Shown in pieces: positions 13,401-25,500 of a DNA stretch of 64,000 nucleotides (the first letter of the stretch is position 1; the number at the start of each line of letters is the position of its first letter). The notes beneath the pieces were generated by a model. It was not told the DNA's origin. It saw only the letters and a program-made list of their open reading frames with translations, and did no database searches. The translations under genes were made by a program, and so were the position numbers. This stretch comes from Ascidiella aspersa (Eukaryota): NCBI GenBank assembly GCA_963924565.1, contig OZ004615.1, positions 14,880,001 to 14,944,000 on the forward strand, written 5' to 3'.

Positions 13401-16400
13401 ATTGGCGTCAATTTGATGTCTCCTTTGATTTCGTTAAAGAGTCAAATAGGAAAGTTTATTTGGCACGTCGCGTTTCGCCAGCAAAACATCCGGAAATCGT
13501 TGTTAATGGGTCGTCGAGACATTTTTTCGGCTTTATGACGCATTTTTAACGTGGCCAGTCATATTTTGAAGAGTTGATTACAAAGCATATACGTAAAACC
13601 TGTATTTAACCACGGAGGATTACCTTTAACTAGCTAACAATTTTAGGACAACTTTTGTAGTTTTGTTTCCCATCGTGGTTTGAAAAATTAATAAAACCTA
13701 CCACACCTTAACCAGTTTCGGTAAATTGGGGTGCAATTGCGTTTCCTGAATTGCATAGAAAATGTGCGGATTGCACGGAAAATGGGTTCAGATTAGCACG
13801 GCTTACGCGCGCAAGACCAAATCCAGTGCAAAATCGATTTTAGTAGATCTTTAAAAGCGTTTACTGGAAAGTGAATTTATAATTTGTTATATATTATTAA
13901 GTTTTGTAACCTTCACAACTCCTGGGTATTTTTTGGTTTATCAAAACATAATTACTAAACCGTTTGGTCACGTTCACAGAAATACAAAATAAGTGCCCCA
14001 ATCACTGGCGCAGGTCAAGCTCAACGAAAAGCCGCTTTATCCCTCCCCGCACCAGCTACGCTTATAACGAAAAACGGCCACTTATAACTGACAGATGTTT
14101 TGGCGTCATTATAGAGCCACCAAAATGGTGCTTGTTTTATTTTGCCCGCGATCACCATGTGGTAGGATTTACAGACCTATTTCAAATGGTAAAGCGAAAC
14201 AGGCAAGCGAGTGGCTTATCGGGTCTGCTTTTCAGGGCAAAGCATTGTTTTTTTCACACTTAATACGGATTTTTACAAAGTTAAAAACGGTTATCGCCAT
14301 TTAATATTAGAGCAAATTTAACTGTTAGTTTATTACTTTGTATGACTCAACAGACAAACCCATGTAGCAATTTCAGGGCTTTTGTTAATGAATCGTATGA
14401 CCTTTATCCTTTTTATTGGTTTAAATAGGATTTTAATTAATAATTTTATTCTTGAGTGTGCATCAGTAAAGCGTCATTTAAACAGATTCGCCTTCACGTG
14501 TTATATCCGCTCTGATCAAATCTTTTTACACCCTTTTTATTTTCACATGGTATTATTGACAAGGTCCATTGAATGTTTAAGCATCATTAATGTGCTATCT
14601 ATTTTTTTCCAATCCTCGCTTTCAGGAGTTTAGCTGTATCCCCGGGACGGATTCGTACGATGTCGTGTTCCCAAGTGCCGGGACTCAACTCTCGTCAGCT
14701 TCGTTTCTGCATGATGAACCGCGCTTACATGGCGAGCATCGTCAACGGAACTGAGCAGGGATTCAAGCAGTGTCAGTTTCAATTTAAAAACAAAAGGTGT
14801 GAAAAAAACACTTGTTTGATGATACTGCGAGTGATTTTACTGCCGCTTTAGAATTGCAAACATTTCACACAAAAACCATATAATGGGTTAATCTCGACAT
14901 GTGACGTTTGTTACTCAATTTTAAATAGTCGGTCTGTTGGTTTGGTGTAAATAGTCGGTCTGTTGGTTTTGCTTGCTAGGTTTATCCTGCTAAAAGCAAC
15001 CACAAATGTATGATGTAAATTGTAAAGCATCTTAAAAAAATATTCTGAATAGAAACCCGACCTGTGTACTACGTGTTTTACATCGGTGCACTTAAGTATG
15101 CTGATACTTTATTATGTTTACTCAGGTGGAACTGCTCTACCACAGCAAACGAGCGCCGAGGTAGAAATAGGAGAAGCAGTATTTTTGGCAACGTGCTAGA
15201 AAGAGGTAAAGCAAGCCTATTTAATATTAAATTGTATGCAAGCCAATAAATATATGTTAAGGCTTTTCGAAGGCATGACGTGTATATATAGACCAGTGGT
15301 TCCCAACACGTTTTTAAGGCGACCCATTTTGAAAAAAAAAATATTTGGTATAATCTTGCGACCCAAGCAAATACAAGATTGCGTTGCAAACAAATTGCAC
15401 TACAAAAGCAGTTACTTTTACCGAAAATAATATGTTTAGTAATTTACTAATGAGATAGTTGTGCTCGCAAGGCGGTATTTTTCTTGAGCATATAGAGCAG
15501 GGGTGGACAGACTGCGGCTCTCGAGCCACATGCGCTCGCCGGCATGTGTTTTGTGGCTCTTTGTAAAATTCAAAAAACATTATAAAGGCTATTAAGACTC
15601 GTTTATGAACGTTTCGCTCTTTTTCTTTTCTTTATTTAGGCGAACATTTCGCTGGTGACGTAACACTAGACATATCATCCGAAGAGTTAGTTAACAGCAA
15701 GTCAATGCAATTTCATTGCTAAGATAGTAAGCTTTAGCTCACAATTTTGAGGCTCTTTGGTACTTTAAATTTCTGCAAATGGCTCTTCCATTGAATACTT
15801 TTGCCCACCCCTGATATAGAGTCACGCATGTCAGCTTTAACTTCCAGCCGGTTTCACTGTTTAGTTCTCATATTTTGTGATTATGATTTCCAGTTTTGTG
15901 AAAAGATACAATATGCCTGCAAAAACAAGCGACCCTCAAAAATAATCAGGCAACCCAACTTTGGGTCGCGACCCATGCGTTGGGAACCACTGATATAGAC
16001 GACTATAAATGGTATAAAAATAACGACAAAAAAATATTTCAGACAGCTTTTTCACAATTAGATTTTTATAATAATTTTTCATCGTCATAGTAGGCATATA
16101 GGTTAAGATATTTAACGCCACTATAGAATTTGTGTCGAAAATTAAGTACAATAGTTAAGTGGTTTTGCCACAACCTATATGTTTCGGTTTTAAAGACATA
16201 TTGCTCGGTTAGCTTCCTTTCCAAAAATAACTTTTCAAACAGAAACAGCAACAAAGTTGCTTGGGGTCAAATTTTTGCATATACTAATCGGGTATTAGCA
16301 AAACCAGCGGGCCAGACATCCATCAGCTTGGATTGTCAGCGCACAACTATTTGTTTTCGTTGTTAGGATCCCGGGAAGCCGCCTTTGTACACGCACTGGC

Positions 16401-18374
16401 TGCAGCAGGCGTCGCTCACTCAATTACTAAGTCCTGCTACAAGGGCCAACTCCTGGGATGCCGCTGCAATCGCAACGGTAATTTAGCACTGTTGTATGAA
16501 TATTTTTTGTTCCGTGATGTTAAGTTATGTATATGTATATTTAGCGCATAAAGTTTAAGCCTGTTTCTGTTTTTATTGTGATTAATATCTTACTAGTTCA
16601 AACATTTCGTTTGCATTCAATTGACCTATTATTCTTTTGCAATTTATTCAACTACTGAACTCGCGTGCTTTGTTGTTGTTTCTAAACACAGAAACAATTT
16701 TTTGATTATATTATTTTGTAAATTTAAGTACGTGGTTGGGTAACATATTACATAAATAAAATAAAATTTAAAATATAACCAAAAGTGCAATATAAATATC
16801 AAAGCCTATACAGAATTAGTTATCCTTTTGAACGTTTCGAATAACTCTTCATTCATTTTTAACATGTTGAAAATCAATAAAGAGATATTCAAAACGTTCA
16901 AAATGATACCTATAATTCTGTATGGGCTTTGAAAGCCTTATTGCGTCTTACTACAACCCCCAAGCATTATGCTCCATAACCAAAACCAAAATAAATACTA
17001 CAATCACAGCCCGGCTTCGCTCCACGTTTCCCGAGCAGCCTCCTCCTCCCCGCTCCCCCCGCTCCTCCACCTCCTCCTCCGATGACGTAGGGGAGGACTT
17101 CTGGCGGTGGGGAAGCTGCGACGAGAACATCGAGTTCGGCATCGCAAAGTCGCGCGAATTCGTTGACGCGCGGGATCACTCCAAGTCGGCGCGCTCGATT
17201 ATGAACCGCCACAACAACGAGGCTGGAAGAGTGGTGAGCACTTGCTGCAAGTTTTTATTTGAAAAGTTCCTTTTGTTATAACTGTAAAACTTTTACTTAT
17301 AGAGCACATTAACCCGGTACGTAGTGCTTCGAACGTTCGATGCCATACGCGATTGACAAGTATTAACGTTTATAAGTTGTTACTATTTCTCATTATTTCT
17401 TTTATGCAAGTACCGGTACACCCAAATACAACCAAAATGGAATACGCATTGATATATTCTGCAAACTGTCCCTGTTGAAGTAGTATATACTAACGGCATG
17501 GCGTTGTAACAGCTCCTTAAAATAACTTGCTTTACTTATTAGGCCTACAAATCATATAACTCTTCGTCGCAGGCTCTGAGGGAAAAGCGTCGGCTTAAGT
17601 GTAAGTGCCACGGCGTGTCCGGCTCGTGCGAGTTGAAGACCTGCTGGTTGGTGTTGCCCGACTTTAACTCGGTGGGCCACTACCTGAGGCAGCGCTACAC
17701 TGATGCGTCGCACATGAAAGTGAGGAGTTACAAGGGCGCGCGCGGTTGCGAGGACTACCTAACACAAAGGTAAGTTAAAATTTTGGTAGGCTACTTATAG
17801 CCAGCTTCAAATTGGTCTTAGGCTAATTGCATTATTTTTATTAATTCTAAACGGTAAATGTGCTAAGATGGATAACGATGCCGTTGAGGACAAATAACCA
17901 TCAACTATCGTTTTTCATTTATTTAGTGTTTTATTATATGTAATCATTTTCTAAATTATTCTATACAAGTATTTCGTTTATATATATTTATTTGCAAGTG
18001 GGGTACGTCCATGCTGAAAACAAGAAAGTTTAAATTTGGTTTACTCGTAAATTGTCGTGGGCTAATGTCGTAAAATTTAACCAAATCGCAGATACCCATT
18101 TCATGGACCCTACACGAAGCGGGACCTGATATACTACGAAAATTCACCGGACTTTTGCGACGAAAATCAGCAGTTGGGCATTAAGGGCACCAGGGGTCGG
18201 GTCTGTAACGCACACTCGGAAGACATCGACGGCTGCTTTCTGCTCTGTTGCGGACGGGGTTACGTCACCGTCCGTAAAACTCGCACAGAAAAGTGTAACT
18301 GCGTGTTTAACTGGTGCTGCACAGTCGAGTGTGACGACTGTGTCATTGAGTATGAGGAGCACACCTGTAAGTGA
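10454..18374 (+). CDS. wnt3: Wnt3/Wnt3a-subfamily ligand, 7 coding exons, 391 aa
   Basis: Exons 10454-10563, 14626-14796, 15126-15205, 16367-16477, 17010-17233, 17573-17769, 18092-18374; all introns GT-AG; total 1176 nt in frame. Signal peptide [20 protein letters not shown], then WWSLAV (Wnt3-typical), [54 protein letters not shown] (palmitoleoylated Ser retained), [24 protein letters not shown] and a C-terminal HTCK as in Wnt3/3a. Confidence 0.95.
15294..15992. mobile_element. hAT MITE in wnt3 intron 3
   Basis: TIR cagtggttcccaac / gttgggaaccactg; perfect TSD atatagac. Confidence 0.9.
15498..15813. mobile_element. hAT MITE nested in 15294-15992
   Basis: TIR caggggtggaca / tgcccacccctg; perfect TSD atatagag. 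Confidence 0.9.
16799..16932. repeat. About 130-bp imperfect palindrome (probable small MITE) in wnt3 intron 4
   Basis: tcaaagcctatacagaatta...ttttgaacgttt...aacatgtt...aaacgttcaaaa...taattctgtatgggctttga; symmetric about aacatgtt at 16861-16868. Confidence 0.8.
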
Positions 18375-19127
18375 CCCCTGAGGTTATCACGTTATCATCA
18401 TCGTCGTGCGCTTGTCATCACTGTGGAGAGGATCGGGTGCATCTTTATGGAACTGGGACAACGCTGATCGAACGCCCGTGTATAAGTTCCGATTCTGGTT
18501 TCACTGACAAGCTATTTTCGAGGGATAAAAATGCTACAGCTTACAGTTTCCTTTCAAAATATTTTACTTTTTTATTTCATCTTAAATCGTAATGTTCCAT
18601 GCTGCACATGAGCGGCCAAAGTGACCTAATCACCTCGACGTTTTCACACCATGGATTGCAATATGCGTTTGATATTATATATTTTTTTGGAAATTTTCGC
18701 CCTTCAATATCTTGCGTACTACTATTTATTTATGTCCCATTTAAGTTTTTGCTGTATGAAAATTCACGTTTGGCACTGCCGTTATTTGCTCGTATTTGCT
18801 GTTGCAATGCTTGTTGCTCAAATTAAATTTAAAAAAATATAGTTGTTTACAGTTAACACTAATTTCTGTGAATAGAAATCAGTGATTGTTGGTAGAGTTT
18901 TAGGGGATTACCCTTTTCTGTTCTTGTTCATAAAATACTTAAAAGGATGACGTTGAGAAACCATATGTTGTTTTAGTTTTGAACAGGCGATATGTTAAAG
19001 TATCCTTTGTATTTGTAAGAGATTTTAGATCATAGTTGTAAAAGGTTTCAGGTCACAATGTGTTGATATTTGGTGTTGCAAGGCAGTGTCCTCCACCCCT
19101 GGGCCCTGATGTAAAGTCAGATTTAGC

Positions 19128-19426
19128 GGCGCTCTTTCACTTATGTACGTGAAAAGGGCGCTCTTTCACTATTGTACGTGAAAAGTTATGCAAAAAAAAT
19201 AATAATAATACCGCATACCACAACGCATATTGTTTGGGTTAGGGTGCGGGTTAGCGTTTGGGTGAGGGTGGGTCAAGTAATATTATGTTTATTATTAATA
19301 ATAACTTGACCCACCCTCAACCAAACGCTAACCCGCACCCTAACCCAAACAATATGTGTTGTGGTATGCGGCATTTGAAAAAAGTTTTTTTTTATTAATT
19401 TTTACGTACAATAGTGAAAGAGCGCC
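19128..19426. mobile_element. Fold-back MITE carrying GGGTTAGGG, copy 1
   Basis: TIR ggcgctctttcactattgtacgt / acgtacaatagtgaaagagcgcc; nearly the whole element is self-complementary. The left end is tandemly duplicated (19128 and 19157). Confidence 0.85.
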
Positions 19427-19864
19427 AAGTCTTATAAGATTGCAAGACTACAGAACATATATATTTGAGCTTAATTAATCTTTGGAGCTAATATAAAATA
19501 ATTTTAAACACCATAATGATGTAATTTTAGGTATAATGTTTTCGTCTGGAATCCCGGGATTTCCGGGAATTTTCATATTTCAATCCCGTTTCCGTGAGTG
19601 AAAAAATCCGGGACAAAGAGGAACCCTAGTGCCAAATATAGTAATAAAAAAATGGCCTAGACAAAATACTTAATTTGTTATTCAGCCTTGCCATTGTTTA
19701 TTCACAATATTAAACAATTGCTACAATTACGACAAATAACAATTACTTTTGATATTATTAGATTATACTGTGGTGGAGGTTAGCGTTAACATAATTAGCC
19801 TTATATATTAATATAGTTTTTGGCCAAATATAAATGGTTTGCTTGATTAAATAAATAATTTTTT

Positions 19865-20134
19865 GGCACTCTTTCCCTATTGTACGTAAAAATTAATAAA
19901 AAAAAAATTTCTTCAAATGCCGCATACCATAACACATATTGTTTGGGTTAGGGTGCGGGTTAGCGCTTGGTTGAGGGTGGGTCAAGTTATCATTAATAAT
20001 AAACATAATATTACTTGACCCACCCTCACCCAAACGCTAACCCGCACCCTAACCCAAATAATATGAGTTGTGGTATGTGGTATTATTATTATTTTTTTTG
20101 CATAACTTTTCACATACAATAGTGAAAGAGCGCC
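19865..20134. mobile_element. Fold-back MITE, copy 2 (opposite orientation)
   Basis: Near-identical reverse complement of 19157-19426. Confidence 0.85.
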
Positions 20135-20704
20135 AATTTTTTTTATGTGCAAATAAACGTTTGTATTACTTGTAAAAAAGTGCTTTTAATATATATTAGA
20201 AATTAGTTACTAAACTTTGGCACGAAAATAAGTTATAACTCAGATAAAGTTAAGAGCAAGGTACCATTTGCTGGACATAAAAAATATAACTTAATTTTTT
20301 TTGCTATTTTAATAAAATAAAAACATATTAATGACTTATTTCATACAGAATCAAGTTTACCCGGGGCTAACGAGCAGTATTTTTTGCGTGGTAAGAAAAT
20401 TAATACTTGTTATACCAAGTCAGTAAGAGTCGAAAAGATGACTTTATAAAGGCAGTAAAACGTTAGCTAGCATTCTATAATGACCCTCCTGTTTGCAGCT
20501 TTGGACTCTTTGGAAGGGGATCGTTTATTACATTGAGTTGCTAAAATGGGTCGTGGTATGTATCAAAAAGGTTGAAAACCACTGGTATAAGGGTTTTACA
20601 AGTCTGCATTGTGTGGCAGGTGTACACCCGAGATTTGTTTTTAAATGTGGTTTGTATGCACATCTTAATTTTAAGAAAAAGTTGAAAAATTGTGTTAGGA
20701 TTCG

Positions 20705-20909
20705 GGCGCTGGTCTAGAATCCTTCACGACCGAGGTTTTATATTGCTAACGGTATTTGGGTTAGGGTGACATTTAGGGTTTAGATTTGGTTGGGTTAAGT
20801 ATTATTATTATATTTATTCTCACACATTTATGCCTTCCTTGCAATTTCAACTTTGATAACTCGCTTTGTTAGTGTTTAAATAAATGTGGTGAGATTCTAC
20901 ACCAGTGCC
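20705..20909. mobile_element. Related TTAGGG-bearing MITE family (TIR ggcgctggtctagaatc)
   Basis: Ends ggcgctggtctagaatc / gattctacaccagtgcc. Partial relatives at about 1900-2000 and about 21330-21503 (end gattctagactagcgcc). Confidence 0.7.
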
Positions 20910-22566
20910 AGGATTTCAAACATCAGATCTCACTCAAAATGCATTTTCTGCATACATAGTTGAACTTCTTTCCAGAAAAACTTGGTTCAGCTAGTGACAT
21001 ACAAAAACAATGTTTTAAGCTATAAAACCCTGTCAAAAAGAATTTTTAAAGGGGAATAGTTGAAAATTCTATCATAGAAGTACTATTGTGGTGAATCGAG
21101 TTAGGTGTATAAAAAATTTTTATGACAGACGAATAGGGTGTCACAGTTGTGCATTGTTTTCAAAGCATTTTTTTTCCGGAGAATTTAAATATGACAATAT
21201 CTTAAAAATGTAATGTGTTAGAGAAAAACTAAAGGTACTTTCGGAGTCAGCATGAAAAATACATCTAAAGTGAAATACTGATACTTGTTTAGAAAAAAAA
21301 TTAAAAATTGTTGACCAGTGATTAACGCAACGCACAATATTTGGGTTAGTGTGCAAGTTTGGGTGTCGGTGGGTCAAGTATTATTATATTTATTTAATAA
21401 TAATACTTGACCCAAACCCAAAACTCTAACCCAAACCCAAACTCTAACCAACACCTTAACCCAAATAATAATGTACTTTGTGGTAGGATTCTAGACTAGC
21501 GCCCATAATTGTCATCCAATATTTTGGCGACCAATTCAATTTGCCTTCTTATGGTGAATTACATTTAACACTCATTATAGGATGCATGTCAAAATAAAAA
21601 AAAGCTAGTAATCACACAGCCAACACTCGTGAAAACAGACTGTAGCCTCTAATTTTTGAACAGGCCACATCTGCTTTGACATTCAATATGTTGGTTTTCT
21701 GGTGTTAAATATTCCACGAAACTTGTAAAAATACATTTCTCCTGTAACTTAAAAAGGTTGCAGAAACGTGGGAGAATAATTATAATTACCAGAAGAGCCT
21801 TTTTTAATTAATAAGACACAAACCATTAAATCATGATGAAATTCACACAGAAACTGTTTTATTTTAATAGTCTGTTCAGAAATACCACTTTAAAGGAAAT
21901 ATTTACCCTGGGCTGCCAGTCTGTATTATTTGCACATCCAAGAATATCTTAAAACAATTTGTGTTTTTAGGCAAACAGGTTAAGATACAATCCTGAACAT
22001 TGACCATGTTCATAAAACAGTGATTGCATGCCTAATAAGTTGGCACTGACATCTCACAGCAAATTGCCATGAAATGCAGAATGACTGGGTTATTTAAGTT
22101 AACTTTTTGAAATACTGGTAGATTAGTGCCTCTACCTTCTTACCTTGAAACAATTTTTTTAAATGAGCGTTGGGCGTGTGACCTCAAAATTTGGGATTGT
22201 TCATTCAAGAACTCAACGTAAAGTGTCATAAAATGTAGACTGACTGTTTTTTTAATAGAAAACAATTTCATCTTTAGTACTAGCAGTAGTTATGGTATGC
22301 ATTAATTATATTGGCCAACATTGGTTCATTGTTAACCTCGGTAATAATTACTTTACTATATTGAATGTACAAAAAATAGTGCCTGTTTTTTTATTAACTA
22401 GACTTTAGAATCATTATTGTTTAGGTAATTCTGCTTCAAAAAATTGTGTTTTATGCATTGATACCAAACTGTAGTACATGTTTTTTATCAGATTTGTCTA
22501 AAAATTAAAACATTTTGTGTAATAGTGTAATTTAACAGATTTCTTTGAACTTTCTACAACACCAAA

Positions 22567-25500
22567 ATGGATGCTCTTTACCATCAAACAAATCGGTAAA
22601 CTTAAAAAAAAAGCTGTATATGTTTATGTTGTTCATTGTTTACTACTGCTGGGTGCCTACTGAGTGAAGAAGTGTCACAAATAAATCAACCATGAGAAAT
22701 GCTAAAAAATACAACATTCATTGACTAACAATGATTTTAATTTTTTGTAGTATGATACAGGAGGTGCAACATCACATGGGAAGATTGGAAACCGCTCCAG
22801 ACCATTCTTCTCAAAGTAATACTTTATAAAATTAAAATATACTTGCACTCTTCAGCAAAACATAATATTTATCCAACATTTAATTAAAATTAGTTTTGAC
22901 GACTTTCACTTTGTCAATAGTAAAAATAAACTGAACAATTTTTTTTATTGGCACACATTGCAATAATGCATATTTTTGTTGGTGTGCCTTGTAAAGTAAT
23001 GTAATGTAAGACAGTTAATATATTGATTCAAATAAAAGTTGTCATTCATAGAAATTCTCTTAAAGGGCCTTTCTGCTATTTGGCAAATTTATTTTTCAAA
23101 ACTAAAAAAACCTAGTCACTTACCTACATTGTTAATTTGTATCTGTGTTGTTTGCGAATAGTCATTGAAAGACAAATTCAGGAGCAGATCGACCAGATTA
23201 ATGGCAACTGCGAACGCTTGAATATTCTCGTCAACAAAGAACACCCGACAAGACGTCAAAACGCCAGAATGTAATTTAAAACAAAAAAATATTTTGTTGT
23301 TGGCGATCTTTAATACTGGTCATTTGTGAATTATTAAAGCTGTGTTGTATTGAAATATCTAGACATCAACAGTAAATGGATGGAATTGGCAAATTTTAAC
23401 GGTAGTCTTCCATTCAAAGAAATATTTCAAAATATTTACCCAATTTCTTGCATAGCTTTTTACCTATTTACACATTTAATTAATGGTTTGTTTAATTCTA
23501 TTGTTTAAGATTGCATTGGGCTATTCCAGCAGATAATTGTTTGCTAAAGCTAGATATTTTCATTGTTTTACCCCCAAAAAAGATTTTATTTTTATTTGAT
23601 ATAGGCGTGTTGATCAGGTGCGGTATGACTCTCAGCATATTCAAGCAGCCCTTCGCAACTTTCATCACCGGAGGGAAATGAGGGACCAACAAAAAATGGA
23701 ACGTCAGATTTTGCTCCGAACCTCCTTTAAAACGAATGTAATTTTTTTATGAATGATTTAGTCTTGTAAATTATTATGATTTGATAAACAGTTTTTCCAG
23801 TGAACTGTTTTAAATTGTTTTTTATTGACCATTGATAAGGTTAGTCTTTTATCTTTAAACCTCTCAGGTAGATTTTCGAAACAAAATATCGATTGTTAGC
23901 AAATTAATCTTCAATTCATAGATTACAATTTTTTTCCAAATTGTTGTTTTAATAAAACACTGCACAACTAAAAATGTGATCAGCTGTAATTCAGATTACC
24001 GATACAACTACAAAATAACTGGTAACCACCATCATACAAATTCTTGCAGCTCATTGTTATAATTGTAGCTCAATGATATGCACCATACATACCTTCATGC
24101 ACATTGTCATAGGATGAAGAAAACACTTCAATTGAAATGGACAGCGACTTAACTCATCATTCTGGGCTTATGAACGCACACAGAGGTTAGTCATGTTATG
24201 CCTGCCATATTTGAAAAATATAAACTTGGATTTGACCTCTAGTATATTATAAAGATGAAACGCACACAACGATTATTCCCGCACTTCACTAAGCCTTACA
24301 TCTCCGCATATGTGATAATTTATCATTCAAATATAAGATAGGCGATCCTAGCTACAAAGAATGCAGATTATTTTGCCTAAATGCAATGCTTCGTATGATT
24401 TCAGGCATAGATGACGTCCTAAATCAGGGATCGAGTATCTTGGAGAACCTAAAGGGCCAAAGAGGAATGCTTAAGGTAATCGTCCTTTGCTGACAATAAC
24501 TCTATTTAGATATATACTTCTAAAAGCGTTTATCAAATCGGTGTAACTTTAGGAACAAATATGTCAACGTTACTGGGATAATGTTGTTCATTTACCTTCC
24601 TTACTCTCTTTAAAAAACAACAAAAAAGGGAGATTACTAAATATCAATGTTTGATCAGTGTTTAAAGAAGTGTCACGAGGTCTGAGTGTTATACGCATAG
24701 GTGTACTATCCCCAAGAAGTTCAATCTAGGATCAGGAAAATTTAAATGGGGACGTAACTATTTGTTTGTTTACAAAAGTGCTGGCGAGATGCTCACCCAA
24801 AACCTATATCTTTTCCGTACATTTTTGACATAGTATGGACGGACGCCAGCCATAAGACAAAGATAAGAACAACACCAACGTATATATCGGAATAAGGCCA
24901 AAATCGGAATAAGTCCTAAATCCGTCGAAATAAGACCTAAAAGGTCAGAATCAGGCCTAATCAACACTTTAACTAACCCCAAACCAAACCCATAAGTACA
25001 TCACTAATTCCCCTAATAATTTCAACACTATAACCCATTTTCTAACCCCACCCATTACCCACCAATAACTCCAAACAGGACCAAAAATGTGGTGCCAAAA
25101 CAGCGGCGCACTGACGGCGCCGGTCAGACTCGGGCAGGGGTTTTTAAATTTTTTTTGCTCACGAGCCACTAAATTAGTAAAAAAATGGCTTTGGCCCATT
25201 AACGGTCGGTGAAAAACACCAAGCTTGAACAACAAAATAAATTAATTAATGCTTGTAATTATTTTCAAATGTGTTACGTCGCCCGATACTTAATGACATG
25301 GCTTGGGACCGCCCAGGCGAGTAGCTTAATATATATACAGGCGAGTGAAAGACGCACGCCTTCTGTAGCGCGGTTTTCTATTAAGAAAACGAAGGGGCGT
25401 CAACGCAAGAACACTTAACAACACATATACACACCCAGTGTTTATTTTAAGGTGTTTTGGGGGACCGAAACGGTCCCCCAAATTTCTCCAGCAGTTTCCC

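Noticed and set aside
16951-17212. Minus-strand Gly/Glu-rich ORFs
   Set aside because: They are antisense shadows of the GC-rich wnt3 exon 5.
19236-19350. Interstitial telomere or chromosome fusion site
   Set aside because: Only isolated TTAGGG units inside TIR-bounded, multi-copy elements; no tandem telomeric array.
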